A DNA stretch of 35,520 nucleotides from Chiloscyllium plagiosum (taxonomy: Eukaryota), in contig NC_057718.1 of the NCBI RefSeq assembly GCF_004010195.1, forward strand, positions 35,835,489 to 35,871,008. The letters run 5' to 3'. Positions within the stretch are counted from its first letter, which is position 1. Every line of letters begins with the position of its first letter. Shown here in pieces: positions 1-10,575 of this stretch. Both the position numbers and the translations under genes were made by a program. Below the pieces are notes generated by a model. It was not told the DNA's origin. It did not search any database and was given only the letters and a program-made list of their open reading frames with translations.

Positions 1-190
1 ACGTTTCGGGCATAAGCCCTTCTTCAGGAATGAGGAAAGTTTGTCCAGCAGGCTCCCTACCTTTTATCTTAGCCTGCTGGACAAACTTTCCTCATTCCTG
101 AAGAAGGGCTTATGCCCGAAACGTCGATTCTCCTGTTCCCTGGATGCTGCCTGACCTGCTGCGCTTTTCCAGCAACACATTTTCAGCTCT
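1..190. mobile_element. Penelope-like element terminal fragment, fold-back palindrome (family A), truncated by window edge
   Basis: Perfect 54-bp inverted repeat 1-54 / 71-124 with a 16-nt spacer. The sequence is shared with the terminus of the GIY-YIG-bearing element at 7983-8854. Confidence 0.85.
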
Positions 191-498
191 ATGTCCTTTC
201 AAACAACTATCACATCTCCAACCTACCTTTCTTCCTTTAACAAACTGGCACTATACAAATCTGTGCCCATGTTTTCCAAAGAAACACGAACTGTGTTACA
301 ATAATGGTACAAACAGAATTTTAACTTTCTGCGCTTTTCCAGCAACACATTTTCAGCTCTATGTCCTTTCAAACAACTATCACATCTCCAACCTACCTTT
401 CTTCCTTTAACAAACTGGCACTATACAAATCTGTGCCCATGTTTTCCAAAGAAACACGAACTGTGTTACAATAATGGTACAAACAGAATTTTAACTTT
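159..498 (+). repeat. 170-bp tandem duplication (159-328, 329-498)
   Basis: Two apparently identical copies starting CTGCGCTTTTCCAGCAACAC and ending TTTAACTTT. Confidence 0.95.
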
Positions 499-794
499 TA
501 ACATGCGACTGTTAGACCAATACTGAATATGACCATTTGATCAGATTGAGGTAAGCTTCATGATACTCACGTGAAACAAACAAGAACTCATTGCACTAAA
601 ATTACCGCTTTTATCTAAAGGTATAAAAACCAGGAAACTGAATCAAGGTCCAGAAATTCATAATTCACGTTTTAATTCACACATAATAAATTCACATATT
701 GGGAGATGAAAGATTCAGGAATTCGTACTGAACTGTAGTGGAATTTCAAAGAAAGAAATAAAGGGGCACAATTTTCTGAATCTTTCTGAAGTGT

Positions 795-1054
795 CATGAT
801 TGAGAGATGCTGGTGTTGGACTGGGATTTACAAAGTTAAAATTCACACACCACCAGGTTATAGTCCAACAGGTTTAATTGGAAGCAATAGCTTTTTGAGC
901 GCTGCTCCTTCATCAGGTGTTTGTGGAGTATAAGAATTCTGTGTCGTACAATCTTACGCTCCACAATCACCTGATGAAGGAGCAGCGCTCCGAAAGCTAG
1001 TGCTTCCAATTAAACCTGTTGGACTATAACCTGGTGATGTGTAATTTTTAACTT
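795..1054. mobile_element. Penelope-like terminal fold-back element (family B)
   Basis: Inverted arms ~832-935 / ~951-1054 with a hammerhead core. Same terminus (catga..gagatgctggtgttggactggg) as 30320-30358 in reverse. Possible degenerate TSD tttctgaagtgt / tttccgaaatgt. Confidence 0.75.
965..1005 (+). ncRNA. Minimal type-I hammerhead ribozyme motif (PLE-associated)
   Basis: aaucac-CUGAUGA-A-GGAGC agc GCUCC-GAA-AGCU-A-gugcuu: intact core, 5-bp stem II, palindromic stem III (AGCU), CUA triplet, stem I CAC/GUG. Confidence 0.7.
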
Positions 1055-1589
1055 TCCGAAATGTTGTTGTCATTTAGGTATTGACTAACACCCCATCTGC
1101 AACAGTAAGATATCGCACCCACCATTCAACTCATTAAGAGCTGAGAGGTGAGCAAGAGTTAGTATCTTGCCCTATCACAGGCCTTGATAATGACAACTTG
1201 GGTCATTATATGCTGCAAACCAGAGACAAGCAACCTCTAGGTTCTCAAGTCTGTATTTCCACAGTTACTCCTCAGGGAAGAGATGCCCATCATTTCCTTT
1301 CAAGTTTTCATCTCTTGGTCTTAAGGGAACGGAGATGAATCATACAGGGAGCACAATCAGAGGAGAGCGAGTAATGGTTATATGGAGCGCGAGAACAAAA
1401 TGGAAATGAGGGTGCGGCTGAGGATATCTACAGCTATGGAAATGAGGCACAAGGGTACAGAAATAGTCACTGGGACAAAAATGGATGCAACACGAGTGAA
1501 GGAGTTTGCCCCTCAAGCTTGTTCTGGCATCACTAGGTGCTGAGATCATGGCATTGTCTGCAAGATTAAGCAGACAAGTCAATATTAAC

Positions 1590-1920
1590 AGTGGTTCAGT
1601 TGCTAGCAAGCTCATTTCTGAATCACAAGGTGCCAGGTTTCACGGTCTGCCCTGGGGCTTGAGCGTAAAAAGGCAATATACCACTGTTGAATGTACCATT
1701 TTACAGTTAAGATGCTAAACCAATGCTCTTTCTGCATGCTTAGGAGGACGTAAGAGTCCACACTAAGGAGGATGAGAAGAGCAGGGCAAATGCTCATCTC
1801 CCATCAACATTACATAAAAATCTGATCATTACCACCTTGCTGTTAGAGAGTTGGGCGTGTGCAAATGGTTTCCTGCATTACAACAGCAAATATACTTCAA
1901 AACATATTCCCACTGGATTT
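1590..1920 (+). mobile_element. Old tRNA-derived DeuSINE (SacSINE1-like), with its 3' tail displaced to ~2643-2701
   Basis: Head gtggttcagttgctagc..tctgaatcacaaggt. Deu-domain-like segments aggaggacgtaagagtcc, gaagagcaggg and tttcctgcattacaacag..tacacttcaaaa-like. Tail ..gtgcgatacaaatgcatactttcttt. Recognised from recalled consensus. Confidence 0.65.
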
Positions 1921-2640
1921 AAAAACAAAATGCTGGAGAAACAACAGTTTAGCAGCATCTGTGGTGCTGTTCTTCAGCTTACATTGAGCATCATTGAAAT
2001 TCTGTAATAGGCCTAGGACTGAAATGTTAGCACAACAGCAAATGCTTTATTGAAATGGCAACTAGAAGTTTGGGTCATTCGTAGGTAAGGCATTCATCCA
2101 ATATGCAATTAATTTCACCAAAGTAAAGGAGTCCATACTCTGAGCAACGAATGCTTAAAATGGAGGGGAAGAAAAATATGTTTGGTGGTGGCATCCTGCT
2201 AGAGATGATAGAAATGGTGGCAGATGATCCTTCAATTCATGGTGGTTCAGTGGTTAGCACTGGTGCCTCACAGCGCCAGGGATCTGGGTTCGATTCCAGC
2301 CTTTGGTGACCGCCTATTTGGAGTCTGCATATTCTCCCTCCTTCTGCTTAGGTTTCTGCCGGGTGCTCTGATTTCCTCCCACCATCCAAAAATGTGCAGG
2401 TTAAGTGGAATAGCCATGTTAAATTGCCCCATTGTGTCCAGGGACATGCAGGCCACATGGATTAGCCATGGTAAATACATGTCTGGGTCTGGTTGGAAGG
2501 ATCGGTGCAAACTTGATGGGCTGAATGGTCTTTTTCCACACTGTGGCAATTCTATGATTACAGATAAGGAGAACCTTACTGGTGTCCTGGGAGATCGGGA
2601 AAAGAAAAAAAGGCATAGGAAATGCGTCAGATGTGGGATT
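1921..2640 (-). mobile_element. Highly decayed Penelope-like remnant interrupted by a SINE
   Basis: Starts with a PLE-terminus-like aaaaacaaaatgctggagaaac..gcagcatctgtgg (compare 15163 and 21730). Flanked by ggattt at 1915-1920 and 2636-2641. Confidence 0.45.
2238..2558 (+). mobile_element. HE1/V-SINE (shark tRNA-derived SINE)
   Basis: A-box-like ggttcagtggttagc, B box gggttcgattcc, V-domain tggagtctgcatattctccc..tttcctcccaccatccaaaaatgtgcagg, and CR1-derived tail ..tttccacactgtggcaattctatga. Confidence 0.85.
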
Positions 2641-3568
2641 TTGAGCTTTTCATGATATCTTGTGGTAATAAAAAGTGCGATACAAATGCATACTTTCTTT
2701 CAGAAATATATCCTCTAGTGTTAATAAGAATGAGAAATAATAGAATTGAAACATATAACCTAAGAGGGTGGACATGTTAGATCATGATCTAATGATTCTC
2801 CTGGTTATAGAATTTAGAACACTAGGTCAAGTTTCAATGGATTAGAATTAACAGAAATCTTTTTGAAGGTGAAGAGCTTTGGAATTCACTATGCCCTAGA
2901 GCTGCTAACATGTGGTCATTGAGACAAGATGATTTTAAGAAACTAAAGAAATTAAGAGGATAACGCAGGAAGGTGGAGTTGAGTTGATCAGCGATTCTAT
3001 TGAATTTCAGAATAAGTCTGAAGCACCTAATGACCTATCCATTTCTTATTTCTTAGATTCTAAGGCCATTCAGTTAGACCATGGCTGATCAGTATCTTGA
3101 CTACTACTTCATCTACTTCATTTTCTTTGGTAAGTAAAATGCCCAGCCTAACCAACATTCATCAATCTCAATTGTAAATTTTCAGTTAAACTCATCTCAG
3201 TTTTCTCAGGGAGATTTCTGCTACCCTCTGCAAGAAAATGTGCTTTCTACTTTACAACAGTTATTAAACTTCATTATTTGTAGAGCACTTGAGTTGTCTG
3301 GTTGCTGTAAAAAGCACTATATGAATTCAAGCTTTTCTTTTCTTTTGACTGCACCTCAGAACGGCCTAGGTCTAATTTTGAAAGGTAACACTTCTTTGCT
3401 CTGGTGATTAACTCTGGAAAAAGTTTCACTTCAGAATATTCAGAAAGGATAAATTTAGACAGAATAAATGCTGGATGGTCCTGATGACCAAAGAGTTCAG
3501 AGCTGGGGTCACAGTCTAAGGATATGAGATAGGCCATTTAAAATTGAGGAGGAGGAGAAATTTCTTCA

Positions 3569-3656
3569 GTTGAAACTTTATTGCTGGAACAGCACAGCAG
3601 GTCAGGCAGCATCCAGGGAACAGGAGATTCAACGTTTCGGGCACAGGCCCTTCTTC
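3569..3656 (-). mobile_element. PLE family A terminal fragment with 13-bp TSD, inserted in an old CR1 3' end
   Basis: TSD agaaatttcttca at 3556-3568 and 3657-3669. The insert is near-identical to 23328-23415. Confidence 0.85.
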
Positions 3657-3662
3657 AGAAAT
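3627..3662 (-). ncRNA. Minimal hammerhead motif on the host-gene sense strand
   Basis: Reverse complement auuu-CUGAAGA-A-GGGC cugu GCCC-GAA-ACGU-U-gaau: intact core, GUU triplet, 4-bp stem I including a G-U pair. Confidence 0.55.
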
Positions 3663-4572
3663 TTCTTCACCCAGAGAGACATGAGACTGTAGAATTCTCT
3701 GCCACAGAAAGTGGTTACGACCAAAGCATTGAATATTTTCAAGACAGAGTTAGATATAGTTCTCAGAGCTAAATGAAGCAATGAGGATGTGGACAAAATG
3801 GCTTTGGAGTTGGATGATAAACCACAATTTTATTGAATCGTGGAGCAGACTCAAGGTCGAATGGCCTACCCCTGCTCCTATTTTCTAAGTTAATGAAATC
3901 ACTGGGACTAGAAATGATAATAAGCAGCTGGGAACAAGACAAAACTATGTTCAATTATTCACAGCGTTCAAAATGCAAAGAAAAAGCAAGGAAACAGGCT
4001 GATCCAAAGATTAGATTAGATTAGATTCCCTATGTGATTTGAAATCGAAAAATATGACTGAAATTCAAATCATGTGACATACTCGCATTATAATTAAATA
4101 GGTTCCCACTTTTTTTCTCCATCTCTACTAGACTGAGACCATATGGGCATCTTGCATTAACCACTGTCTCCACTCCAATCATGTCCCACAAAGCTCTCTT
4201 TGTGTCAACCAAATTTAAATTGAACATAGCATCATGAAATTATATCCCTTTCTTCCTAATTATGGTTTGTTACAAGAAAACAGTTCTAAAATCAGAAGCT
4301 ATATTTGTTCAGAGAAAGAACTAACAGGAAGTTATGGCATTACATAAACAACTCCAGATAAGTTATTATGTGACCTGACCTGAAGTACCACACAACATCC
4401 AGGGAGTGTGGTGTCAGCAGCAAATTTATTCCTCTGAGGCAGTAAATCTCTGGAATTCTTTACCACAGAGGCTAACAGAGGCTGAATCATTTATATATTC
4501 AAGGCTCAGATGGACTGATTTTTAATCAGTGAATCACCAAGCATGGGGAAAAGACAGGAAAATACAGTTTTC

Positions 4573-5508
4573 AGATGTCATAGTCGAGCGTACATCCAAT
4601 GGGGAACTTCAAACCAGCGTCTACAGGAAAACAACACATACGGACTAAATATTGAACAACAGAAGCAATCATCCCAACATCCACAAACAAAGCTGCATTA
4701 GAACATTATTTCAACAAGCCACCACACACTGCAGCACAAAGGAACTACGCAGAGCAGAGGAAAATCACCTATACAGTGTATTCAAAAAGAATGGATATCC
4801 ATTAACACATTCACTAATTTCTGAGCAACAAACCCAAACAAGCAGACAAAACATGTCCAGAAACCCTAGCCACTCTCCCCTACATCAAAGGCATCTCGGA
4901 AATGACTGACAGACTACTCAGACCCCTTAGCATCATGGTAGCCCACAAACCCACCAACACACTAAAACAGCAGCTAATAAACTTGAAAGATCCTATACAG
5001 ACAACAAGCAAAACTAATTTACAAACTACCTTGCAAGAACTGTAGCAAACACTATATTGGACAAACCGGCAGAAAACTAACTACCAGGATACATGAACCT
5101 CAACTATCCACAAAACGGCATGACCCACTCTCACTAGTATCCTTACATACAGATGAGGAAGGACACCACTTCGACTGGGACAACACATCCATCCTAGGAC
5201 AAGCCAAACAGACACATGCACGAGAATTCCTAGAAGCATGGCATTCCAACCAGAACGCTAGCAACAAATACATTGACTTGGATCCCATTTACCACCTCCT
5301 GAGAAAAAGAACAGGAAATGACACCACCACAGGAAATGATGTCACCACCGGAAATGACATCACAAACCATAGGAAACTCAAACATATAAACAAAAAGCAG
5401 GCTACGCCACCAGTGCTTCATTTGGAGGCTGACTGAAGATGTTACCTAGTATGGTAACGAAACGTCTGAAAATGAACCTTCCAGCTCAGCGAGCAAACCT
5501 ACATCCAG
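4573..5508 (+). mobile_element. 5'-truncated Penelope-like retroelement (RT C-terminus + GIY-YIG endonuclease + 3' terminus), pseudogenised
   Basis: Translates DVIVERTSNGELQTSVYRKTTHTD*ILNNRSNHPNIHKQSCIRTLFQQA..NGYP, then IYKLPCKNCSKHYIGQTGRKLTTRIHE..HHFDWDNTSILG..REFLEAWHS (GIY-YIG). Contains a stop and frameshifts. 18-bp tandem acaggaaatgacaccacc x3 at ~5311-5364. Confidence 0.92.
5430..5469 (+). ncRNA. Minimal hammerhead motif in the PLE 3' terminus
   Basis: CUGAAGA(5433-5439)-U-GUUACC uaguau GGUAAC-GAA-ACGU-C: 6-bp stem II and GUC triplet. Stem I is weak (uga/uga, central mismatch). Confidence 0.65.
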
Positions 5509-6420
5509 TACGGTTGACAACTGTCAGACCAGCCGTGATGTCACTGAATGGCAGAGATAACCCTGAATAGTTGAATGGCTACTTTGGTTCTACATCCTAT
5601 AGTCTAATGCCACTAGATTTTTGAATATTTCTAAATTAACTACTCAGAGTTTATCAAAATAAAGCATATTCAATAATGATGCAATAATTCATTATCAGCA
5701 GTCAGATATACAGACGTTTTAGTGTTTCTCCATATAAATATCCCAACTCTCAAACAGACACGCTTCAGATATAAAGAAATAAAAACAGATTTTTTTTGTA
5801 GAGATTGGTTTTCTGATATAGAAAAAACAATTTGGTCAAGGGGTTATACTTGAAGGCACATGGATATAATGTAGGATGTTCCAAAGTCTTGCTATTTAAT
5901 GGTTTGGCCCGTGTGGTCAAGTCACTAATCACACACAGTTGACTCTGAAGCCTTTCAAACACGGCTTGCTTAGGAAATACAATCTTGAGATATTCTTCCA
6001 ACGCTCTTCAAAGAATAAATTTGTTAATGTCTAAAATGATGTAGATGGTTTCCTGTTCAGTAATGGTTCTTTTCAGTTGGTTCTGAGCAGGAATCCCATT
6101 AGTGCAGCTGGTTCTAAGCAGGCTTCTCTCCAACTGAGCCAGATAAACTAAGAACCTTCCCAAGTCAGTAATAGTTCCAAACAGCCCCAACAGGGTCTAA
6201 ACAAAGCAAGGAGGTCACCAGTCACATGACTAAGAAATCTTGATTAAAAATTAAATCCAATGCCCAGTGAATTTTCAATTCCCTCCTTTAAGTAACAATT
6301 TCAGTTATCTACAGAAAACTTGAAGTTTTTAAGGACTGTTGAAAGAAGAATTTATGACCTTCAAGCAATATTAAATCCAAAGCACTTTCTTAATAACCTG
6401 TCTATAGCAGAAGTAACTTT

Positions 6421-7141
6421 TTTTACAACACAGGGTAAACTCCTCTGCTAATCTAAACCAGCAACACAGAAAAGATTCACCCCTTACTGTAACTTGTTAA
6501 AATTCGAGAGGCAAAGAACTATCCCAGAGGTAAATATTTAAATTAAAAAATTAACATCTTTATTCTTTACGTCCATCTGAAAATATTAAAACTAACAACT
6601 ATTTACAATTTCTTTTTCTTAAACCTATCTTTTATGTCCCATTCTACAATACCAGTCCGATAAAAAAATCTCAATTAAGATTTACAAAAAAAAAATTACA
6701 CTTCAAAACTAGTCAGCTTTGCAGAGTTTCCACAGTAGATTCTCTCCAGCTCGGTTTCAATGTTCTGCACAGACTCCCCACAGACAGGTACCTCTCAGAG
6801 AGCTCTTGAGCTAGCAGCCTACAAGTGTTGGTCTTTTGGCAGTTGTCTCTCAACTGTTCAAAAATGTCCGGTTTTATACCCCAAAACATCGGGTCGTTTC
6901 ATTGGTTTTAATATTATCAAAATGCTAAATTCATACTTGATTGGAGTTTGGTATCTTGGGGCCTAATTTAAAATGATTGGCCGAATTTGAATTGTATTTG
7001 TCTCATGGCAACCCAGCTGCTGCTAGCTGTTTCAACCAATGTTACATTGTTACCTTGTTCAGAACACTTTGTGCTGTGTCAGACAGCCTTGCTAGCTTTT
7101 CAACTCTCTTGAAGGTACAGGACTTCTACACCTTCATAACA
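6421..7141 (-). mobile_element. Possible solo LTR (Gypsy/ERV-like)
   Basis: Right end ..ccttcataaca (TGTTATGAAGG on minus). Left end ttttacaacacaggg may be a decayed TGTTAC. Minus-strand TATAAA (~6814) and AATAAA (~6559) are in the expected order. No TSD found. Confidence 0.4.
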
Positions 7142-7344
7142 TGTTTGATTTAATTAGATATTCATGTTAAAATATTTGGCAACTACTGACGTGTTAATGT
7201 CAGAATTTTACAAGGCTATTCTATACCATTACTTCAGGGTTAAAAGCAGAAATGTTTAAGAGAATTAAGTGACCAAACTCAAGTCATAATTCAGCTTAAT
7301 TTTCAGTTCAGGTTAAAACGTTCTGTATATGTTGGTGTGGATGT

Positions 7345-7600
7345 GGCGTGTGTGCTCATGCATGCGCAACGGAGACAGATACATATTTGGCAACACAGAA
7401 ATAAAGAGAGAGGGAGGAGAGACAGATGGAGTAAGATGCATTTTATTAAACAAATTAAAGCCTTTATGAATTTGAGTAGGGGAGTTCTTCAAGCATGTTG
7501 GCACAATTCAGGGTGATGAGCTGGATGCTGCTCAGAATGGGAACAATTAGAGAGTGAAACACAATTCTTTCAAGATTTATGACTAATGCTGATAAACTAC
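7345..7600. repeat. Dispersed direct repeat copy 1 (~260 bp), paralog of ~10322-10575
   Basis: Shared blocks catgcatgcgcaa..gagacagat, aaattaaagcctttatgaa, ttgagtaggggagttcttcaagcatgt, gagctggatgctgct and tttatgactaat..ctgataaacta. Confidence 0.9.
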
Positions 7601-7623
7601 TGTTTTAAAGTCCTACAGTAAAG

Positions 7624-7855
7624 TGTAGTGATTGAAACCATGACCAGGTGGATCTCATTGACTATTGAATCCTTGATTGGCGCAGATTAACAATCTCAAT
7701 CTGGGAGTCCCAGCTGGCAGATATAAACAAGAGATTCAAAAGGTCTCCTCAGTTAGGGACTGGATTTGAGCTGATTGGTCGGAGCCCAAGCACTGCGCAT
7801 ATGCAAATAAAGAGTGACTTGGTGACGAGATATCAGTCTCGACAGAGTTCTTCCA
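7624..7855 (+). mobile_element. Solo LTR, 232 bp
   Basis: TG...CA termini (tgtagtg..ttcca), exact 4-bp TSD aaag (7620-7623 / 7856-7859), internal TATAAA (~7722) and AATAAA (~7806). Confidence 0.8.
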
Positions 7856-7982
7856 AAAGACAAATTTTAATCTGACTTTTACTGAAGTTAATCAAAACTA
7901 CTACATACAATTCATACAGGACTGCCTAATTAATCACCTCCCTGATCACTTGCAAGTTCGCCTAGTGGACTTAACCTGTTTC

Positions 7983-8854
7983 GGGGAGAAAGTGAGGACT
8001 GCAGATGCTGGAGATCAGAGCTGAAAATGTGTTGCTGGAAAAGCGCAGCAGGTCAGGCAGCATCCAAGGAGCAGGAGAATCGACATTTCGGACATGAGCT
8101 CTTCTTCAGGAATGAGGAGAGTGTGCCAAGCAGGCTAAGCTAAAAGGTAAAGAGGAGGGACTTCGGGGAGGGGCGTTGGAAATGCGATAGGTGGAAGGAA
8201 GCTAAGGTGAGGGTATGCGATAGGTGGAAGGAGGTTAAGGTGAGAGTTATGCGATAGGTGGAAGGAGGTTAAGGTGATGGTTATGCGATAGGTGGAAGGA
8301 GGTTAAAGTGAGGGTTATGCGATAGGTGCAAGGGATCCTTCCATATCCGCCACAAATTCACCTGCACGTCCACATACATCATTTACTGCATCCGCTGCAC
8401 CTGATGTGGCCTCCTCTATATTGGGGAGACAGGCCGCCTACTTGCAGAACGTTTCAGAGAACATCTCTGGGACACCCGGACCAACCAATCCAACCACCCC
8501 GTGGCTCAACACTTCAACTCCCCCTCCCACTCCACCAAGGACATGCAGGTCCTTGGACTCCTCCATCGCCAGACCATAGCAACACAACGGCTGAAAGAAG
8601 AGCGCCTCATCTTCCGCCTGGGAACCCTCCAACCACAAGGGATGAACTCAGATTTCCCCAGTTTCCTCATTTCCCCTCCCCCCACCTTGTCTCAGTCCCA
8701 ACCCTCGAACTCAGCACCACCTTCCTAACCTGCAATCTTCTTCCTGACCTCTCCGCCCCCACCCCCACTCCGGCCTATCACCCTCACCTTAATCTCCTTC
8801 CACCTATCACATTTCCAATGCCCCTCCCCCAAGTCCCACCTCCCTACCTTTTAT
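7983..8854 (+). mobile_element. Penelope-like element (family A, Neptune-type GIY-YIG remnant) with inverted 5' terminal segment and 13-bp TSD
   Basis: From ~8330 it translates FHIRHKFTCTSTYIIYCIRCT*CGLLYIGETGRLLAERFREH..PVAQHFNSPSH..LKEERLIFRLGTLQPQGMN. ~8135-8213 is the reverse complement of ~8778-8857. TSD cttaacctgtttc at 7970-7982 and 8855-8867. Confidence 0.92.
8182..8328 (+). repeat. 33-34 bp minisatellite, ~4.3 copies, at the PLE inversion junction
   Basis: Unit atgcgataggtggaaggaggttaaggtgagggtt, starting at 8182, 8215, 8249, 8283 and 8317 (partial). Confidence 0.95.
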
Positions 8855-10074
8855 CTTAACCTGTTTCTGTTAAACAAAACAAAAATCAGTAGTACATTAG
8901 CATAAATTGGCATTAAAGTGAACTAACATAATATATTCAAATGGAGAATGATCAATGTAGTCATAGTTTAGTCTTTCTTCTCATATACTGGACTTGTATG
9001 CAGGGGCTAAATTGCCTACTTTGTCTCTATGTTCACCACCAGTATTGAGAAATTTGTATTATTACCTACTCCAAAAATAACCCTTCCATTTTGAACAGAG
9101 TTATAAGTTTTCCTTTCAATTTCCATTCTAATAAACATGAACTCTGATATCTCTACTTCCATTTCTGGTATGAAAGTGAAACTGCTCCACGCCTTTCACA
9201 TCATCTTGAATTCACTCCTACTGTATAAAACAAACTAAATTCAAGATTTGAATTGAAGTCGAATCAGAGAGTTGTTCTCCAAACGTTATTTGAAAATATA
9301 GATTGATTTTACAATTTTAACAACTTAACCTTTCAGATTGAAAAGATTATGTAACAGAACCCCAAAGCCCCTCTGTTCCTAACGAAGCCCTAAATGATAA
9401 ATGCTGCAGCATCACTTACGGGTAGCCATATCTCAGTTATGGAAGTCACATGTTCAAACAGGTAACTGACATCAAAGTCTGGATTTTACAATCTCTGTCT
9501 AATTCTTATGCTTGTCCATCTGCCTTCAATCCAGCCAGGAGGAATTCAGATATTTGTACTGACGCTTTCATAATACAGGTCAAATCAGCATGGAATGTTG
9601 AAGAGATACAATGATCACTGTATTATAATTCTGGGTGTCCTATAATGCTTATCAAAACCAAAGCAGAATTTCACACTTTATAATGAATTTGACTGGTCTA
9701 TGCTAGCCTGAAAATTATAATATCCACATAACTGAAAAGGCTCAATAGTTTTAAATATAATAAATACTAAGACATTTACAATACTTGTTATGGGCGCACT
9801 AAGAATTAACTTCCTTCCAATAATTTTACATTTAAATGCAACTATCCATACTGGTTGGTGTCCAGCATCCATGATCACCTATTTCCCACTACCATTATCC
9901 CCTCAGCGACCTACCAGAAACTGTTCATGTTTATCCTGCTCTCCTAAATTACTATTCCAATGACATTATCACTAGTTCACCCTCTCCCTTTGTTCAATGA
10001 GATCATTTGGGAATGTTTGGTACTTTTGTCAGAATTCCTGTGAAAGCAGTAACTAAATGCTGCACAAAATGCAA

Positions 10075-10300
10075 CTAAGCAAAGCTGAACCACGTGGAAC
10101 TAATGAGCAAATTCTGAACTGGATCAGAAATGGTTTGGTTAACCTACACAAGGAGAAAGTGGCAGAAGAGTCCACAATGGCATCAGCCACAAGTAGAGTG
10201 CCACAGACATCAGAATCAGGGCAATAGTTCTGTAGCACCTATTTTAGCAAATGGGATGACGGAGTATAGAAATGATTTGCAAACTTGTGGCTAACAAAGT
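10075..10300 (+). mobile_element. Ancient CR1 RT fragment
   Basis: caaattctgaactggatcagaaatgg..acaagtagagtgccacag reads QILNWIRN..TSRVPQ, resembling the CR1 WI.NWL..TSGVPQG segment. Confidence 0.5.
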
Positions 10301-10321
10301 TATATGTTGAAACAAAAGCTT

Positions 10322-10575
10322 TGTGTGTGTGTGTGTGTCATGCATGCGCAAGAGAGACAGATAGATATTTTGCAACACAGATAGGGAGGGAGAGGAGAGA
10401 CAGATGGTGTCAGATGCATTTTAATAAATAAATTAAAGCCTTTATGAACTTGAGTAGGGGAGTTCTTCAAGCATGTCGACACAATGCAAGACGAGCTGGA
10501 TGCTGCTGAAAATGGGAACAACTAGAGAGTTAAACACAACTCTTTTAAGGTTTATGACTAATTCTGATAAACTAT
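10322..10575. repeat. Dispersed direct repeat copy 2
   Basis: See 7345-7600. This copy begins with a (TG)n run. Confidence 0.9.

Noticed and set aside
2238..2300. tRNA gene
   Set aside because: The A/B boxes run directly into a V-SINE body and CR1-derived tail, with no complete cloverleaf. The same applies to ~30040-30097.
4008..4031. (GATTA)n as a telomere-like repeat
   Set aside because: It matches the HE1 SINE/LINE tail (gattagattagattccct, as at 29804), so it is an extremely truncated retrocopy.
8182..8328. CRISPR-like array of ~34-bp repeats
   Set aside because: The units abut with no unique spacers, derive from the PLE 3' region, and the context is eukaryotic with no cas genes.
8326..8859. 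177-aa Pro/His-rich ORF
   Set aside because: An off-frame reading of the C-rich PLE GIY-YIG remnant.
9400..9560. Minus-strand GTAAGT donor near 9419 as MTA3 exon 4
   Set aside because: The upstream sequence does not translate to the expected EIEEE..HRELFLSRQ..LPATHIR peptide. No such exon was found in the window.
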